A stretch of 64,000 bases of DNA. Origin: Octopus sinensis. Lineage: Eukaryota. Positions 47,501 through 60,894 of this stretch are shown piece by piece. Made by a program: the position numbers and the translations under genes. The stretch covers positions 171,058,001 to 171,122,000 of the forward strand of contig NC_042998.1 of assembly GCF_006345805.1 (NCBI RefSeq), written 5' to 3'. Position 1 is the stretch's first letter, and every line of letters begins with the position of its first letter. The notes beneath the pieces were generated by a model. It made no database searches and had not been told where the DNA came from. It worked only from the letters and a program-made list of their open reading frames with translations.

Positions 47501-50500
47501 AAAGGACCATTCAAGCATGGTCATTGCCAGTGCCACCTGACTGGCTCCCATGCCAGTGGCATGTAAAAAGCACCATTAAGCATGGTCGATGCCAGTACTG
47601 CCTGACTGGCCCACATGCTAGTGGTATGTAAAAAGTGGCGAGCTGGCAGAATCGTTAGCACACCGGACGAAATGCTTAGCAGTATTTCGTCTGCCGTTAC
47701 GTTCTGAGTTCAAATTCCGCCGAGGCCGACTTTGCTTTTTATCCTTTCGGGGTCAATAAATTAAAGTACCAGTTACGCACTGGGGTCGATATAATCGACT
47801 AATCCGTTTGTCTACCCTTGTTTGTCCTCTCTGTGTTTAGCCCCTTGTGGGTAGTAAAGAAATAGGTATGTAAAAAGCACCCACTACACTCTCAGAGTGA
47901 ATATTGGCATTAGGAAGTGCATCCAGCTGTAGAAACTTTGCCAGATCAAATTGAAGGCTGGTGAAGCCTTCTGGCTTGCCAGCCCTCAGTCAAATTGTTC
48001 AACCCATGCCAGCATGGAAAGCGAACATTAAGCGACGATGATGAATTAGATCAAGCTGGAGAGCATTCCACTCAGCATAGCATGGGCAGAAAGTGAACCT
48101 TGACAAAGCCACTTGTACAAATCTGTTCCACAGCACAATTCTGCCTGTAGTGCTCAATGCAAGTGAAATATGAGAGAAGACAAAGAGTGGGGAACATCAG
48201 TTAATAATAACACAAAGAGCCATGGAAAGATCAATGCTGGGAATCTCCTTGAGAGATCCCAAAATGAGCAAATCAGGGAAAGAATTAGAGTGAAGAACAT
48301 TACTGCAAAATACTGTCTAAACAAAGTCAGATTGACCAAATGTGTTGCATGGTACACCAATAATTGGTGGACCTGCGCAGTTGTTGAGTGATGCCTACAC
48401 GAGGAGAAAAAATCGCTCAGAAGGATTGACAACATAAAGAGAATAATGGGACTGTAAGGGAGAAGCAGGGTGAGATCAAGAACAGAATGGATGAAATTCT
48501 GTGGCCTGTGGATTCGAAGTGACATAGAGCAGTCTGACTGGTCAAGGTAACATATATATATATATTGTGATTGGCATTAGGAAGTGCATTCAGCCTAGGA
48601 ATCATGCCAAATCAGACTGGAGCTTGGTAGATGTTTCAAGTCATTGTCTTGCAGAGCTATCAGTGACAACATGATAGACGAGTCAAAGATAATAAGATGT
48701 GAAGTACTGCCACAACATAATAGTGGTAACAATAACATATGAGTGGACGAGGATCTACATTATAACACTTATTTTTTGACATTGACAAATGTTAAGCTTT
48801 GTGTTACCCTAGTAAAGTGTTTGTGAATAGTAACATTTTACTTTCAAAAACTTGAAAGGAGCAAACCAACTCACAGTCACATAGCATGCAAAAATATGCT
48901 TGTCATCAAAAGGCCATAAGGCAGTGATAAGTCTATTGAGTAAATGCAAAATGCAACTAAATAGGTCAACTAAACACTGTCTACAAGCAGTAAGTTGCAT
49001 AGGAGAGTGTATTTGAGCATTATTATTGAAACTATTGTTCACTGCCCAACAAACCATAGTTCAACAATTACTTGTAAGCCAGGTGAAGTTTCAAATGTTA
49101 ACTGTAGTAACTTTCTGGAATGCCTGCGAGATGTCAGGTGCACATATGCAGTCATCATTGTCATGTGTTGTATGCCTGTAGTGCATTGACAACACTACAA
49201 TCAAAGTCTCCTTGATTAAGCACTAGTTCTTTAGCTGTTTTGTCACTTTTGTCCAACCAACTCTTGATATTGTCCATCTATTGCATTCTTTACCTGCCTC
49301 TTGATCTTTTGCCCTCTACTCTTCCTTCCATCATAATATTTTCTAAACTTCTGGTCATAATTGATGAGCTTTTGTTTTCTTCACGATGTTTGGGATTTGT
49401 TGTCTTTCACCTAATTGTGATACCCATTCATTTGTCCAATGATCCTTGTAAGAGATTCTCCTGTACACCCATGTTTCAAACTCATTATGTTCTCGTCAAA
49501 TTTGTTCAGAGTCTATGCTTTACAACTATAAATGCCTATTGTTAGTGGACCAATTCTATTCATTAAGGTCAACTAAGGTTAAAATGAAAGTTGTGATATC
49601 TGGCAAGAAGACCTTCATCAGATTTTATGCAGTGCCTTCTACTGAAGGATGTGTTCTCAATGGGTTGACCAAAAGTGTACTTGAGAAGCTGAAGCTGATA
49701 CTTGATAAAATTGTTTTGATAATGCAATATACATGAGCAGTGTTCATAGAAGTTACAAGGTTAAAGTATTCTCCAGTTGTCATGTATGTCCATTATTATA
49801 GACACCTCACTTCCTAAATTTTACTATCCAAGATACAATGACAAATACTGAGCCATTCCTTGATGACATAAGAACTACTGAGAACCTCTACAGTTTATTG
49901 GAACCAAATATCATGTGCTCTGTGTATTACAGTTGATGGAGAAAATGTTTCAAAATGTAACTGGGTTGTTTTGTAGACATAGGGAATTAAAAGTTATGAT
50001 AGTGTAATTAACTCGTACTATAAAGATATTGCTTGGCTTGACTCCAATGATTAAGAACCTAAAACCTATATGAATAGCAGTAAATACCATTTGGTATTTT
50101 GGCACTTAGTTGTGCTGAAAATAATACTTTCAAACACAACCAACCTCAGCAAATACCTCTTGAGAAAAACTGCTACAGCAACCAATAACAATACTCTTAA
50201 TGACTGCTGAAATCAGAGGCATTTAGGTGTTTGAAAATGTCCTGAAAAGTTAGATGAAACTTTCAGAGAAATCATTCAAGGAATCCATTGTTTTTATCTT
50301 TGTAAAATTTCAAGCAAATCAACCCCTCTTCACCTTCTCCTGCTTAACCAAAGAGTCTTATAGACCTACAATTCCAAGTAACAGGTTTGAGTATCATGAT
50401 AAGAACTAGCTGCTGTTGTAAAGAACAATAGCTTTATGGATGCCATTTATTGATTTACTCTTGTGGTAATGAACCTTAATTATGTCTCTGCATAGATGAA

Positions 50501-52594
50501 CTAATTCCTCTCCTTTAACTACAACAATGTTCTCTGTTTTTCTGAACTAACTAGAAGCATATGCTCCTCTTAAGCCTTCTTAACATATCTGTCTTGTCAT
50601 CTTCCTATACTCTAATGTGTGTTACCTCCCAAATCTTGAACAAAACCCTTCAAGCCAATTTTTCCTCCCCAGAGCTGTAACCTTCTGGAATTTTCACCCA
50701 CCTTCGTCTGTGTTTTTCCTGTAGATATTAATCTACAAATATTCAAACTAAACATCAACTGCATCAATATTATACCTAAGAGAGTCTAAAAACATAATTT
50801 GTACTGCTATCATTCATGTCCACCTATGTCCACAACTATTTCACTTTACTTATATTGGTAAAGACTTTTTCACTTTAAATCTATAGCCTGTTGCTTGTTT
50901 TAGGGTTTTATAAGAAGGACGTTATTTTTCACCCCCTTGAGACTGATTATATAATACTATATTTAACCAAATATTCTCTCAATCCAAAATATAGTTTTTC
51001 CTCAATTTCACAGGATTGACAGTGCCTTTTAACTCTTCAAGGTCAATGACAAACGATTAGTTGTTGTTTAACATTTAGTCAGTCCTTGTTCAACAGTCCT
51101 AAGATTCAAAGTCTTTTAGTCATGACTATCTCTTCTATTTCTTATTTTTCCCTTATAGTGTATTGAGGATTACATTATCCAATGTGTCCTTTCTTTTGTT
51201 GGTTGCTGTTTCTAGCTAAGAGCAACCACATAATGGCTCATCCATTGGTTCAGTGGTTGTAACAGATATTTGAATAAGGTATTTAGGAACCAATGAATTG
51301 AAAGGATCTATTCCAATTACTGCTGAGCATGGATCCAGTCAATCCTAAAAGATAGATGAGAGCCTGTATGAAAAATATGAGTTTGTCATCATCTTCACAC
51401 AATATCTACTAGTAATATATGGGGTTTATTCAGTCAACTATATACTATTCCTTTGCAAAATTGACTTTGTCTCTCAGTTAAAAAACATATTTAATAAATA
51501 AATATACTTTGAGAAAAGTTTAAAATATGCTACACTTACATTTTTACTTGATCCATTAAACCTGGAATTTGTTATTTCAATTTCAGGTCAATGTAAGATG
51601 TTCATGATCAAATATATGAAATGTCTGAATACAAACAGTAATGAAAATACAAAATGTCGCCAGGAGTCCAAAGATTATTTAGAATGTCGGATGGAGAAGT
51701 GAGTTTAATTGTTTTTTTGGCATAGCAAAACCAACCAGAGGTATTAGTTGATGTATGTTAACACACTGCATTCAAGATTATCATTTGTTATAATTTAACT
51801 CTTATATTATTGAGAGAGAGAAAAAACAAAAATTTTTTTTAATACTATTACTTAAAGTTGATAATTCTGAATGCAGCATTTCATATTGATATCAACTGAA
51901 GTTTCCTTCATTGTGCTTTGATTTACTCTCTTGTTTTGTTTTTGGTTATTGTTTCATATTTTTCTTTGATTGATTGAAAACATTTCTAGTGTGTTACAGC
52001 CTAATATCTTTCAGAGAACAGTAATTAACATAACAAAAGAATATAAATTTGAATATATTGAATGAGCTAGATAGTTGATGTCATCAAGTAGGACATTACA
52101 GAACGTTAAGACTTTGTAAGAATAAGTTATATTTATGCTTTGGCTGTTTAAAAATCTGTTTATTTTTTCTGGCTACGTGTTTTACTTCTATTTTTAGTTT
52201 TAATTCTTTCCTTTTTTTTTTTAGTTCACTTCATTTTTCATTCCTTCTTTTGTTTTGTTCTTTTGTTGTTTTCTATTTCTTGTTTGGAGAAATCTTGCAT
52301 GTCCTTTCCCCACTACTCCTATTCAAAGTAAGTCATTACGCTCAGTGTAAAAATAGACAGTTGTGTATTAATAACACCTTGCCTTTTTTGGGAAAGTTAT
52401 GATATTATCAAAAATCTAAAAATACATAATAAATATTAATAATAATCCTTTCTACTAAAGGCACAAGGCATGAAATTTTTTGGGAGGGGACTAGTTAATT
52501 ACATCGACCCCAGTGTTTCTCTGGTACTTAATTTATCAAACCCGAAAGGATGAAAAGTAAAGCTGACCTTGGTGGAATTTGAACTCAGAAAATG

Positions 52595-52637
<43 letters not shown>

Positions 52638-53943
52638 TAAAAGATGAGCTACAGCAAATATTCTGCTAAATACCACAGATTTGCTTGTCAGTTGTTTGAG
52701 CTTAACCAGTTGAGCATGTCCCTTAGTGGCTCAGGATATGTGCATCTCTGATCGCAAGCAGAAGTAGTGGGGGAGCATCATAGCTATGTGTTGAAAGGGA
52801 TTCTTTGGGGTTTGAATAATTCACCTCTGGAAACATGGGTGTTTCTTTCAACATCGTTAAACAACCCTTATTCAGGGACCTTTTGAGCGGGATGGGTTAC
52901 TCAACCAGAAGAAAATTCTAACTGGGACCCACCTGCAAGGTAATGCGCTGTTTATCTTGATATGAGATCCCCATGTCATGCACATATGGTTGTGATGCAT
53001 GTGCCTGGTGTACTCTTATCAGATGGGTAGTCCTGATGGTTATACTGGGCTTTGTATATTTTACCCCAGTGTCACTTTGATGGCATACACTGTTCTCTCA
53101 CTCAATAATAATAATGATAATAATAATAATAATAATATATATATGTGTGTGTGTATATATATGTATTGTATTTCAGTGTGGCCACCACACCACACAACAT
53201 GATAACTAAAGACAGAAGGAAAAAAAACCACACAAACAGTGAAATATACACACAATAAACAAATATGTACATACCTATGATAAATATAAGAAATAGAGAT
53301 TAAAAGAAAATTAAAAACTGTACAAAGGGTACAGATAAAAACAACATAGGGAGTGACCCTCACATAGGCACACAGTAACTTCACAGATGGCTGCAACAGT
53401 ATCAACAACATGACTACAACGACAACAGCAACAGTGATAATGATAATGGCAATAACAACACCAACCACGAGGGAAGCAGCATGGGCAAACACATAAACAC
53501 AGAGAAATACATGAACGGTACCAAATGATGGGCTGAGGGGGAGCTGCAGCGTCAACGGGGGAGGGGCTGGGGCGAAGGGGAGGGTGATAGTGCTACTAAG
53601 AACAATAACACACATACACACACTCAAGCACAGACGCACATGCATGCACTTATAAGGATACACATCATAGAAGAACAGAATGAAAATTAGTGGAGAAGAG
53701 CACACATGAAGAAGGAAAGTTTCTCTAAAGAGGTCACAGATGTGTGAGGAAAGATTTCCAGACAGTGGACATGAGTTAGAATAAGAACAGTAATAAATGA
53801 GTGAAGAAGGAATATATAGTGCACATGTTTATTTGGCAAAAAAAGAAAAAGATCGTCCTGAAATACAATATCTATTTAACACCGATTTCACATCAGGAAT
53901 CTTGCAACACAAATTCGTAAACACACACACACACACACATATA

Positions 53944-53984
<41 letters not shown>

Positions 53985-56900
53985 CGCAGAATGTGTTCTG
54001 GATTCTCAGAACCTTCCAGTCGAGAGATTCCCACGCTATATCCTTCTCTTCTCCACTTTTGCCCGACCCCACCTTGAATATGCTGTCCACGTGGTCTCCC
54101 TACACAAAACAAATATTATGAGAATTGAGCTCCCCAAAGGTCAATCACAAAAACGATAGATGGCATGTCAGGACNNNNNNNNNNNNNNNNNNNNNNNNNN
54201 NNNNNNNNNNNNNNNNNNNNNNNNNNNNNNNNNNNNNNNNNNNNNNNNNNNNNNNNNNNNNNNNNNNNNNNNNNCGTTGCCAACCTCGCCTGGTCCCCGT
54301 GCCGTTGGCACATAAAAGCACCATCCGCTCGTGTCCGTTGCCAGCCTCGCCTGGCCCCCGTGCTGGTAGCACGTAAAAGCACCATCCGTTCGTGTCCATT
54401 GCCAGCCTTGCCTGGTCCCCGTGCCGGTAGCACGTAAAAGCACCATCCGTTCATGTCCATTGCCAGCCTCGCCTGGCCCCCGTGCCGGTAGCACGTAAAA
54501 GCACCATCCGTTCAAGTCCGTTGCCAGCCTCGCCTGGCCCCCGTGCCGGTAGCACGTAAAAACACCATCCGTTCGTGGCCGTTTGCCAGCTCTGTCTGGC
54601 ACCTGTGCAGGTGGCACGTAAAAAGCACCCACTACACTCACGGAGTGGTTGGCGTTAGGAAGGGCATCCAGCCGTAGAAACACTGCCAAATCTGACTGGG
54701 CCTGATGAAGCCTTCCGGCTTCACAGGCCCCAGTTAAACCATCCAACCCATGCTAGCATGGAAAACGGACGCTAAATGATGATGATGCTGATGATGATTA
54801 TTATTATTATTATTAAGGCATCAAGTTGGTAGAACTGTTTGAGTATCGATAGGTCAATAAAATAATCTCCAGTCAAGTACTGGAGTCATTGTAATTGATT
54901 TGTTCCCTCCCCTCAAAATTATGGCAGTGAACTGGCAGAGTCATTAGCACACCAGACAAAATTTTTAGTGGCATTTCACCTATATTATGTTCCTGAGTTC
55001 AAATTTCACCAATATCAGCTTAGCGTTTCTTCCTTTTGAGGTTGATGAAACTAGTACCAGTTGAACACTGGGGTTGAGGTAATTGACTTACCCTCTCCTC
55101 CAAACTTGTGCCAAAATTTGAAGCCATTATTATTTTAGGCTCAAGGCTCCAGTATATGACTGGTATTTTATCGATCTCAAAAAGATGAGGGGCAAATTTG
55201 GTCAGAGCAGAATCATTAGGCGAAGGAGTGGCTGTGTGGTAAACAGCTTGCTTACCAACCACATGGTTCCGGGTTCATTCCCACTGTGCGGCACCTTGGG
55301 CAAGTGTCTTCTACTATAGCCTCGGGCTGACCAAAGCCTTGTGAGTGGATTTGGTAGATGGAAACTGAAAGAAGCCAGTCATATGTATATATATATATGT
55401 ACGTGTGGGTATATGTTTGTGTGTCTGTGTTTGTACCCCCCAACATCGCTTGACAACTGATGGTGATGTGTTTACATCCCCGTAACTTAGCGGTTCAACA
55501 AAAGAGACCGATAGAATAAGTACTAGGCTTCCAGAGAATAAGTCCTGGGGTTGATTTGCTTGACTAAAGGTGGTGCTCCAGCATGGCCGTAGTCAAACTT
55601 ATTTTATTGACCTATCGATACTCAACTGAAACAAGTAAAAGAGAGTAAAGAGAGTGCCTTGTGGTATTTAGATTCTACCCCAGTCAAATACTGGTATTGG
55701 TACCATTGACTTTAGTATCTGACTGGTACTTTGTATTAACCCTGGAAGGATGCAAGGCGAAATTGACCCTGGCTGGATTTGAACCCAAAAGAAATACTGC
55801 AAAACATTATTTTTCAGTACCCTAACCATTCCACTCACTAACTGTCCCTAAAATGAGTCCAATGAGGCGGAAAAAAAAAAAACTCTATAATATAGTAATG
55901 TTATAACATCTATCCTTATTTATCACAGGTATTTGGTTTAGTTAAGAATCACCCAAAAGAGTGTTAAATGAGTCAGTGATGGATGACTAATAGAGAATGA
56001 CAAAAAAAAAGTTTTGTTCTAAGACACCCCCCCCATACACACACACGTTGCTCCTCTAATTTACTCAAACAATACCTCCAAACAGTTTTTTAACGTACAT
56101 AATGATATTTTATGTCTGGAAAAATATCATATACTATAAAAGGCAGTTTAGGGTAAAATAAAATATCATAACAAGCAGAATCTTTGACTGATTGCTGACT
56201 CATGTCATCACAGATTAATCTATGATAAGCGTAGCATGATTCACAATTGAGTCTTATCCAGGATCAGTGATGAAAGAATCAGTAATAAATGAAGATAGAT
56301 GTATACATTAGTATAAAACGACATCTCTAGGCGCTGGCCTTTCACCTGACAAAGCTATAACAAAAGATATAATCCAAACTGATTAAGCAGTAAAATGCAC
56401 AGGAAATTTGATTTTCAGAAGAAAAAGGAAGTCTTATCAACCTGTTGCTTTCAGTTTGTTAGCACTCTACAAATGATTTTAGTATAAAGGATTGGCAAAA
56501 TTGTTACAGAGGAGGAAAAATATCTTGCAGTATTTGTTCAGGCTTCTTACTTTCTGAGTTCAAATCATGCCGGGGTCAGTTTGGCTTTTCATTTTTTTTT
56601 AGAGTTGATGAAATAAAGAACCAGTCACGTACTAGAGTTGATGGTATTGACTAAATTTGCGAGCTTTGTGCATAAATCCACGCGATAATTATTTTTTATC
56701 CCTCCCCCCACCACCACCACCACTGGTTCAGCCATCGCATGGTTAGCCATACTGATACATCACCTTCAAAAGTTCCAGTTGATCATACCGATATCAGAAC
56801 ATTTTTATCGATGTTTTTCTTGACTGGCACGAAGGGACACAACTCAACACAAAAGGGCACTGTTTTGACTAACCTACATATATTCTTTTCTACTCGAGGC

Positions 56901-59900
56901 ACTCACTAGGCCCGAAATTTTGGGGGAGGGAGCCAGTCGATTAGATCGACCCAGAACGCAACTGGTACCTAATTTATCGTCCCCGCAAGGATGAAAGGCA
57001 AACTCGACCTCGGCGGAATTTGAACTCAGAACGTAAAGACAGACGAACTACCGCTAAGCATTTCGCCCGGCGGGCTAATGTTTCTGCCAGTTCGCCGCCT
57101 TGAACAGTATACATATATTACTACGGTCTTCTGCAGAGTTTCCTTCTACCAAATTTCATGCGCAAGTCATTTACAATCTAAGGTTATATAGCAGAAGATA
57201 CTTACATAAGGTGTCACACAGCCATGCAAGTGCCAATCAAACCACCATCTCCTTGCTATTTATTTATTTTCTTTAACAGATAGATGACTCGATATTTAAG
57301 GAGTGACTATTGAGTCAACAATCACATGATCAATGTATTTGAATAGTATTCTACTTCACTTTAGTCAAGTGTCAACTTGTTGGGAAATGTAGTAAATTGA
57401 TATAGTAGCACGACTAACAAAAGTTTATAGTTTGTGTGTTACTTTCAACACGGCATTATGTCTATATAAAGCTCTTAACTCTTAATGGCTTAGTACAAAG
57501 ATCTACTATGTAAATGTTCTGTAGATTGGTGAAAGGAATGAGAGTATTATGTAGCTGATGATAAGGCAGCAAGCTGGCAGAATCGTTACCATGCTGAGCA
57601 AAATTCTTAGTGACATTTTCATCCGTTATGTTCTGAGTTCAAATTCTGTTAAGTCCTGGAGTTGATGTAATCATTTTACCCACTCCCCAGAATTTGCTGA
57701 CCTTGTGCCAAAATTTGAAACCAGTATCATGTAACTGATGATTCTGTAATTTTATAACGCTGCACACAAATCTTCTCATGGACCAAATATGTGATGGAGT
57801 AACTTTTTGTAGATCATGTCTTTCAAAACTAAAAAATCTCCAGCATATCACAATAGTAATCATGACAGATAAAGAGGTAAACAAGCTTAGCTTTATATCT
57901 GGCATTACTCTGTGACTGTGGAATGAGTTTGGTATACCTTCTCTCTCACTCTTTTCTCTACTATAAAAAGAAAAAAAGTAATCGATCATCTTCCTCTTTC
58001 CTGTCCCCAGTAGTGATAGACAAGATGGAGAGAATAGGCAGCAGGTAAGTAAGCTACTGGTTAGGGTAAATTAGTGAGAAAATTTTTGCCAATCAACTTG
58101 ATGACCTTTTTTGGGTGGGGAGGTAGGGATCTAGGATGTTTGTAAATAGCAGAAGATTTGTCCCAGATCATCTATAATGTATGCTAACCAGAGCTTTGTA
58201 AAATAATTTTTTTCTCATTCTTACTAGTAATAAACAAAGAAAAATGGAAATTGAAATTTCATAATTGAAAATATTTCACAATGTCATCTTACTGGCATGT
58301 GAAAAAACATTCGAGCGAGGTCATTGCCAGTGCTGCTGGACTGGCTCCTGTGCAGGTGGCATGTAAAAAACACCATTTGAGCGTGGCTGTTGCCAGTACC
58401 GCCTGACTGGCCCTCGTGCTGGTGGCATGTAAAAGCGCCCACTACACTCTCGGAGTGGTTGGTGTTAGTAAGGGCATCCAGCTGTAGAAACTGCCAGATC
58501 AAGATTGGAGCCTGGTGCAGCCATCTGGTTCGCCAGTCCTCAGTCAAATTGTCCAACCCATGCTAGCATGGAAAGCAGACGTTAAACAATGATGATGACT
58601 GTGGTCGAGAAGTTGATTTTGCTGTCATTTATTGCCTGTGACAAAGATACTCTGAAATGTTGGTGATCAGATCTCTGATCAAAGTTGGTTGAGTTATGAA
58701 CATCAATTCATCCTTTTCTTGTGCTATATTCAACATACCCCACCAGATAGTAGTATGCAATTTGAGATTTGGCTGCTATTTCTAGCAGATCGAGTAATTC
58801 ATACAAGCCTCTTCATTGACTTGACTACATTTACATAGATACTGCATGTAGTATGGTTCACCCTTATGGAATTAAGTTCAATTTCTCCTGTACAGAGAGT
58901 CATGGAATTGGACTCAATCAAATCAAGAAGCTATTATTTCTAAGCAGTAAAATTTTTGCATTTTTATGTAAGCCTGTTCAATAAATACAATATTTTATAA
59001 TACAGTTCTATATTTAAGAGACGAGGAATTATGTACATTATTTGTCCTCATCTTGTTTGTTGTTAACACGTTTCAGCTGATACACCCAGGTTCAAAATTT
59101 CCCCAAGACACCTGATGAAGGCTGGAGGGTATATCAGCTGAAACATTGTGTTAACAACAAACAAGACAAGGACAAATATCTGTTGAATGTAAATAATGTA
59201 ATTTTTATGTCATTTAATGTTATTTTACATGTTGCATTCATTTAAATTGTATACTCAAACAATGCTTTAATCTTAGAAAGGAAAAGTAATTCAGTTTATT
59301 TCTTTGAAAATGATAATTTGTTAAGGTTTAGCTTTTAATATTTTAATTTTAACTTTGATGTGTTTTATTATAAACAAGATATTCCTGATTTTGTTATACA
59401 GTATATTTCTTTCATAAAAATGAAAAACAAAAAAAGTCTCCTAATCTTGTAAGTTTTCTCTAATGCTTAAGTGCAGCTAACTTCAAACCAACAACAGCAT
59501 AGCTATAACCTTTAAATCCAAACTTTAATAGGTTAGCATGCTACAATGTAGCCTGACAACTGGCCATATATATATATCATCATCGTTTAATGTCTGTTTT
59601 CCGTGCTAGCACGGGTTGGATGGTTCGACTGGGGTCTGGGAAGCTAGGAGGCTGCACCAGGCTCAGGTCTGATCTGGCAGTGTTTCTATATATATATATA
59701 TATATATAGTGAGCTTTCAATGAATATAGAAATATATTAGTCAAATTACTAATAGATGTTGCAGTTGAACTCAAAGGTTTTGTATACCAACTTCACAGTC
59801 CTGCTCCTGGTGGTAAAAACCCCTGCAATTGACCATTGGTAGGTTTCTCTGTTATTTACTTTAATCTGTGGAAAACAGACAATAGATTTCTTTCTATGCT

Positions 59901-60894
59901 ATGACCTTAATATTTCACATTTCCTATAATATTAATAAAAATTCTATAATGGTATTTAAATATATATTTTATGAAAGGATTTTCAAGTTTGTTATGTCCA
60001 GGATGCAGAGGTTATAGCCAGACAATTTAGATACATTAACTATTTCTGATGGGATTGATGGACTAACTTTCATTACAAAATAATGTAAAATCCATCCAAG
60101 AATATTTTGCATAGGCAGCTAAGACTGGATAGTAATTCAATAACATAGTAGTTCATCTAGTTGTAAATAGGTCCCATGGTTATAAACTGCTCACTATTGT
60201 AAGCAGTTGGAACACTGTACCTTTAATAATGAATTTGCTCTGCTGAGTTTTAAATTTTCATATCAGCTTGAAGCAATGAGAACTCTCAGACTAACAACTC
60301 CTGACCTTTTAGGATTTGGGTCACATAGTTTAGGGTTGTTAGCCCTTATTAAGCAGACCTATAATTAACCCTTTCATTAACATATTTCTGTTAAAATATG
60401 CTGCCTTTGTTTAAATTAATAATGAATACAATGAAAACTTTAGTAAAATAATTTATTATTAAATTGGTGTTTGGAATATAAATTAACATGAAATTTTGAT
60501 GGAAGATTTAAACTTAGGTCACTTTCAACCAATAAGTTTGTATTGTGAACAAGGATTGGTCTCAAAAGGGTTGACTGAGAAACATCTTTTTCCTAAGCAT
60601 AGCATCTCCTAGGCTATGCTTTTTTTTTTTATAAAGATAGAATGTTGAGCAACCTCATACAGAGTTGCTGAACTTGAGTAATCATTAAAGACATTATAGG
60701 TAGAAATCACTTGCTATATCATTGTTTATGCATCAATATACTGTTTCCGTACCATGTTTTCTTATCTATAGATTTTGAAATTTCATGAAAACTTGTTTTA
60801 TTTCTTTTACAGTAACTTAATGACGAAAGAAGATTTCTCAAAACTTGGTTTCAAAAAAAATATTTCCGAAATTTCTTCTGAGAGAAAAGAATAA
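42390..60894 (+). CDS. COX19: Cytochrome c oxidase assembly protein COX19 (90 aa); exons 42390-42468, 51587-51698, 60813-60894
   Basis: [90 protein letters not shown]. Signature [11 protein letters not shown], twin CX9C, YLECRM..NLM....LGF. GT-AG introns in phases 1 and 2. AATAAA at 60990. Confidence 0.96.
44458..44836. repeat. (TA)n plus long (TATG)n microsatellite
   Basis: Direct reading; explains the CMYV ORFs. Confidence 0.95.
45333..46480. mobile_element. hAT-like MITE carrying nested SINE/LINE insertions
   Basis: cagtatttctcaact ... ggttgagaaccacta termini. Confidence 0.55.
47270..48530 (+). mobile_element. Nested RTE-type pieces: an old RTE fragment interrupted by a younger RTE 3' tail
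   Basis: [13 protein letters not shown] remnant; 3'UTR repeats and (GAT)n tail ending ~48045. Confidence 0.6.
47636..47864 (+). mobile_element. tRNA-derived SINE, family 2, inserted into an RTE tail with a 13-bp TSD
   Basis: ggcgagctggcagaatcgttagc...gagttcaaattcc head; TSD ggtatgtaaaaag at 47623 and 47865. Confidence 0.85.
51587..51698 (+). CDS. COX19: COX19 coding exon 2 (twin CX9C)
   Basis: tttcag|GT CAA TGT...ATG GAG AA|gtgagt, 112 nt. Confidence 0.96.
52640..53135 (+). mobile_element. Non-LTR retroelement 3' end with (AAT)n tail
   Basis: GC-richer block ending ctctctcactcaataataataat. Confidence 0.45.
54015..54174 (+). mobile_element. Divergent CR1-like fragment abutting the gap
   Basis: [16 protein letters not shown]...RIE motif. 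Confidence 0.55.
54175..54274. other. Assembly gap (100 N) within COX19 intron 2
   Basis: Run of exactly 100 N, typical of a placeholder of unknown size. Confidence 0.99.
54275..54797 (+). mobile_element. Young RTE-type 3'UTR with ~61-bp tandem repeats and (GAT)n tail
   Basis: About six units of cgttgccagcctcgcctggccccgtgccggtagcacgtaaaagcaccatcc, CpG-rich; standard tail. Confidence 0.8.
55219..55652 (+). mobile_element. Full-length tRNA-derived SINE, family 1
   Basis: Colinear with 39582-40001. Confidence 0.85.
56884..57102 (-). mobile_element. tRNA-derived SINE, family 2, young copy (others: ~19220-19440, 22260-22480, 31412-31628, 36490-36700, 39105-39250, 52440-52590, 57560-57720)
   Basis: Reverse complement of the 47636 head plus the cctttcatcctt..gggg..gataaatta core; CpGs intact. 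Confidence 0.85.
58285..58600 (+). mobile_element. RTE-type 3' tail
   Basis: Near-identical to 18770-19090. Confidence 0.8.
59034..59200. mobile_element. Palindromic element containing a hammerhead-like core (partial second copy at 43474-43567, minus)
   Basis: Arms tttgtcctcatcttgtttgttgttaacacgtttcagctgata / tatcagctgaaacattgtgttaacaacaaacaagacaaggacaaa; CTGATGA at 59112. Confidence 0.6.
60813..60894 (+). CDS. COX19: COX19 coding exon 3
   Basis: cttttacag|T AAC TTA ATG...GAA TAA; [13 protein letters not shown]. Confidence 0.93.

Noticed and set aside
53061-53705. 214-aa hydrophobic minus-strand ORF
   Set aside because: Low-complexity A/C-rich repeat-derived sequence; no domain or splice support
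54275-54632. CRISPR-like repeat array
   Set aside because: Contiguous tandem units without unique spacers, in a eukaryotic LINE 3'UTR, with no cas genes
55219-55295. tRNA gene
   Set aside because: The tRNA-like head is part of a multi-copy SINE; no full cloverleaf
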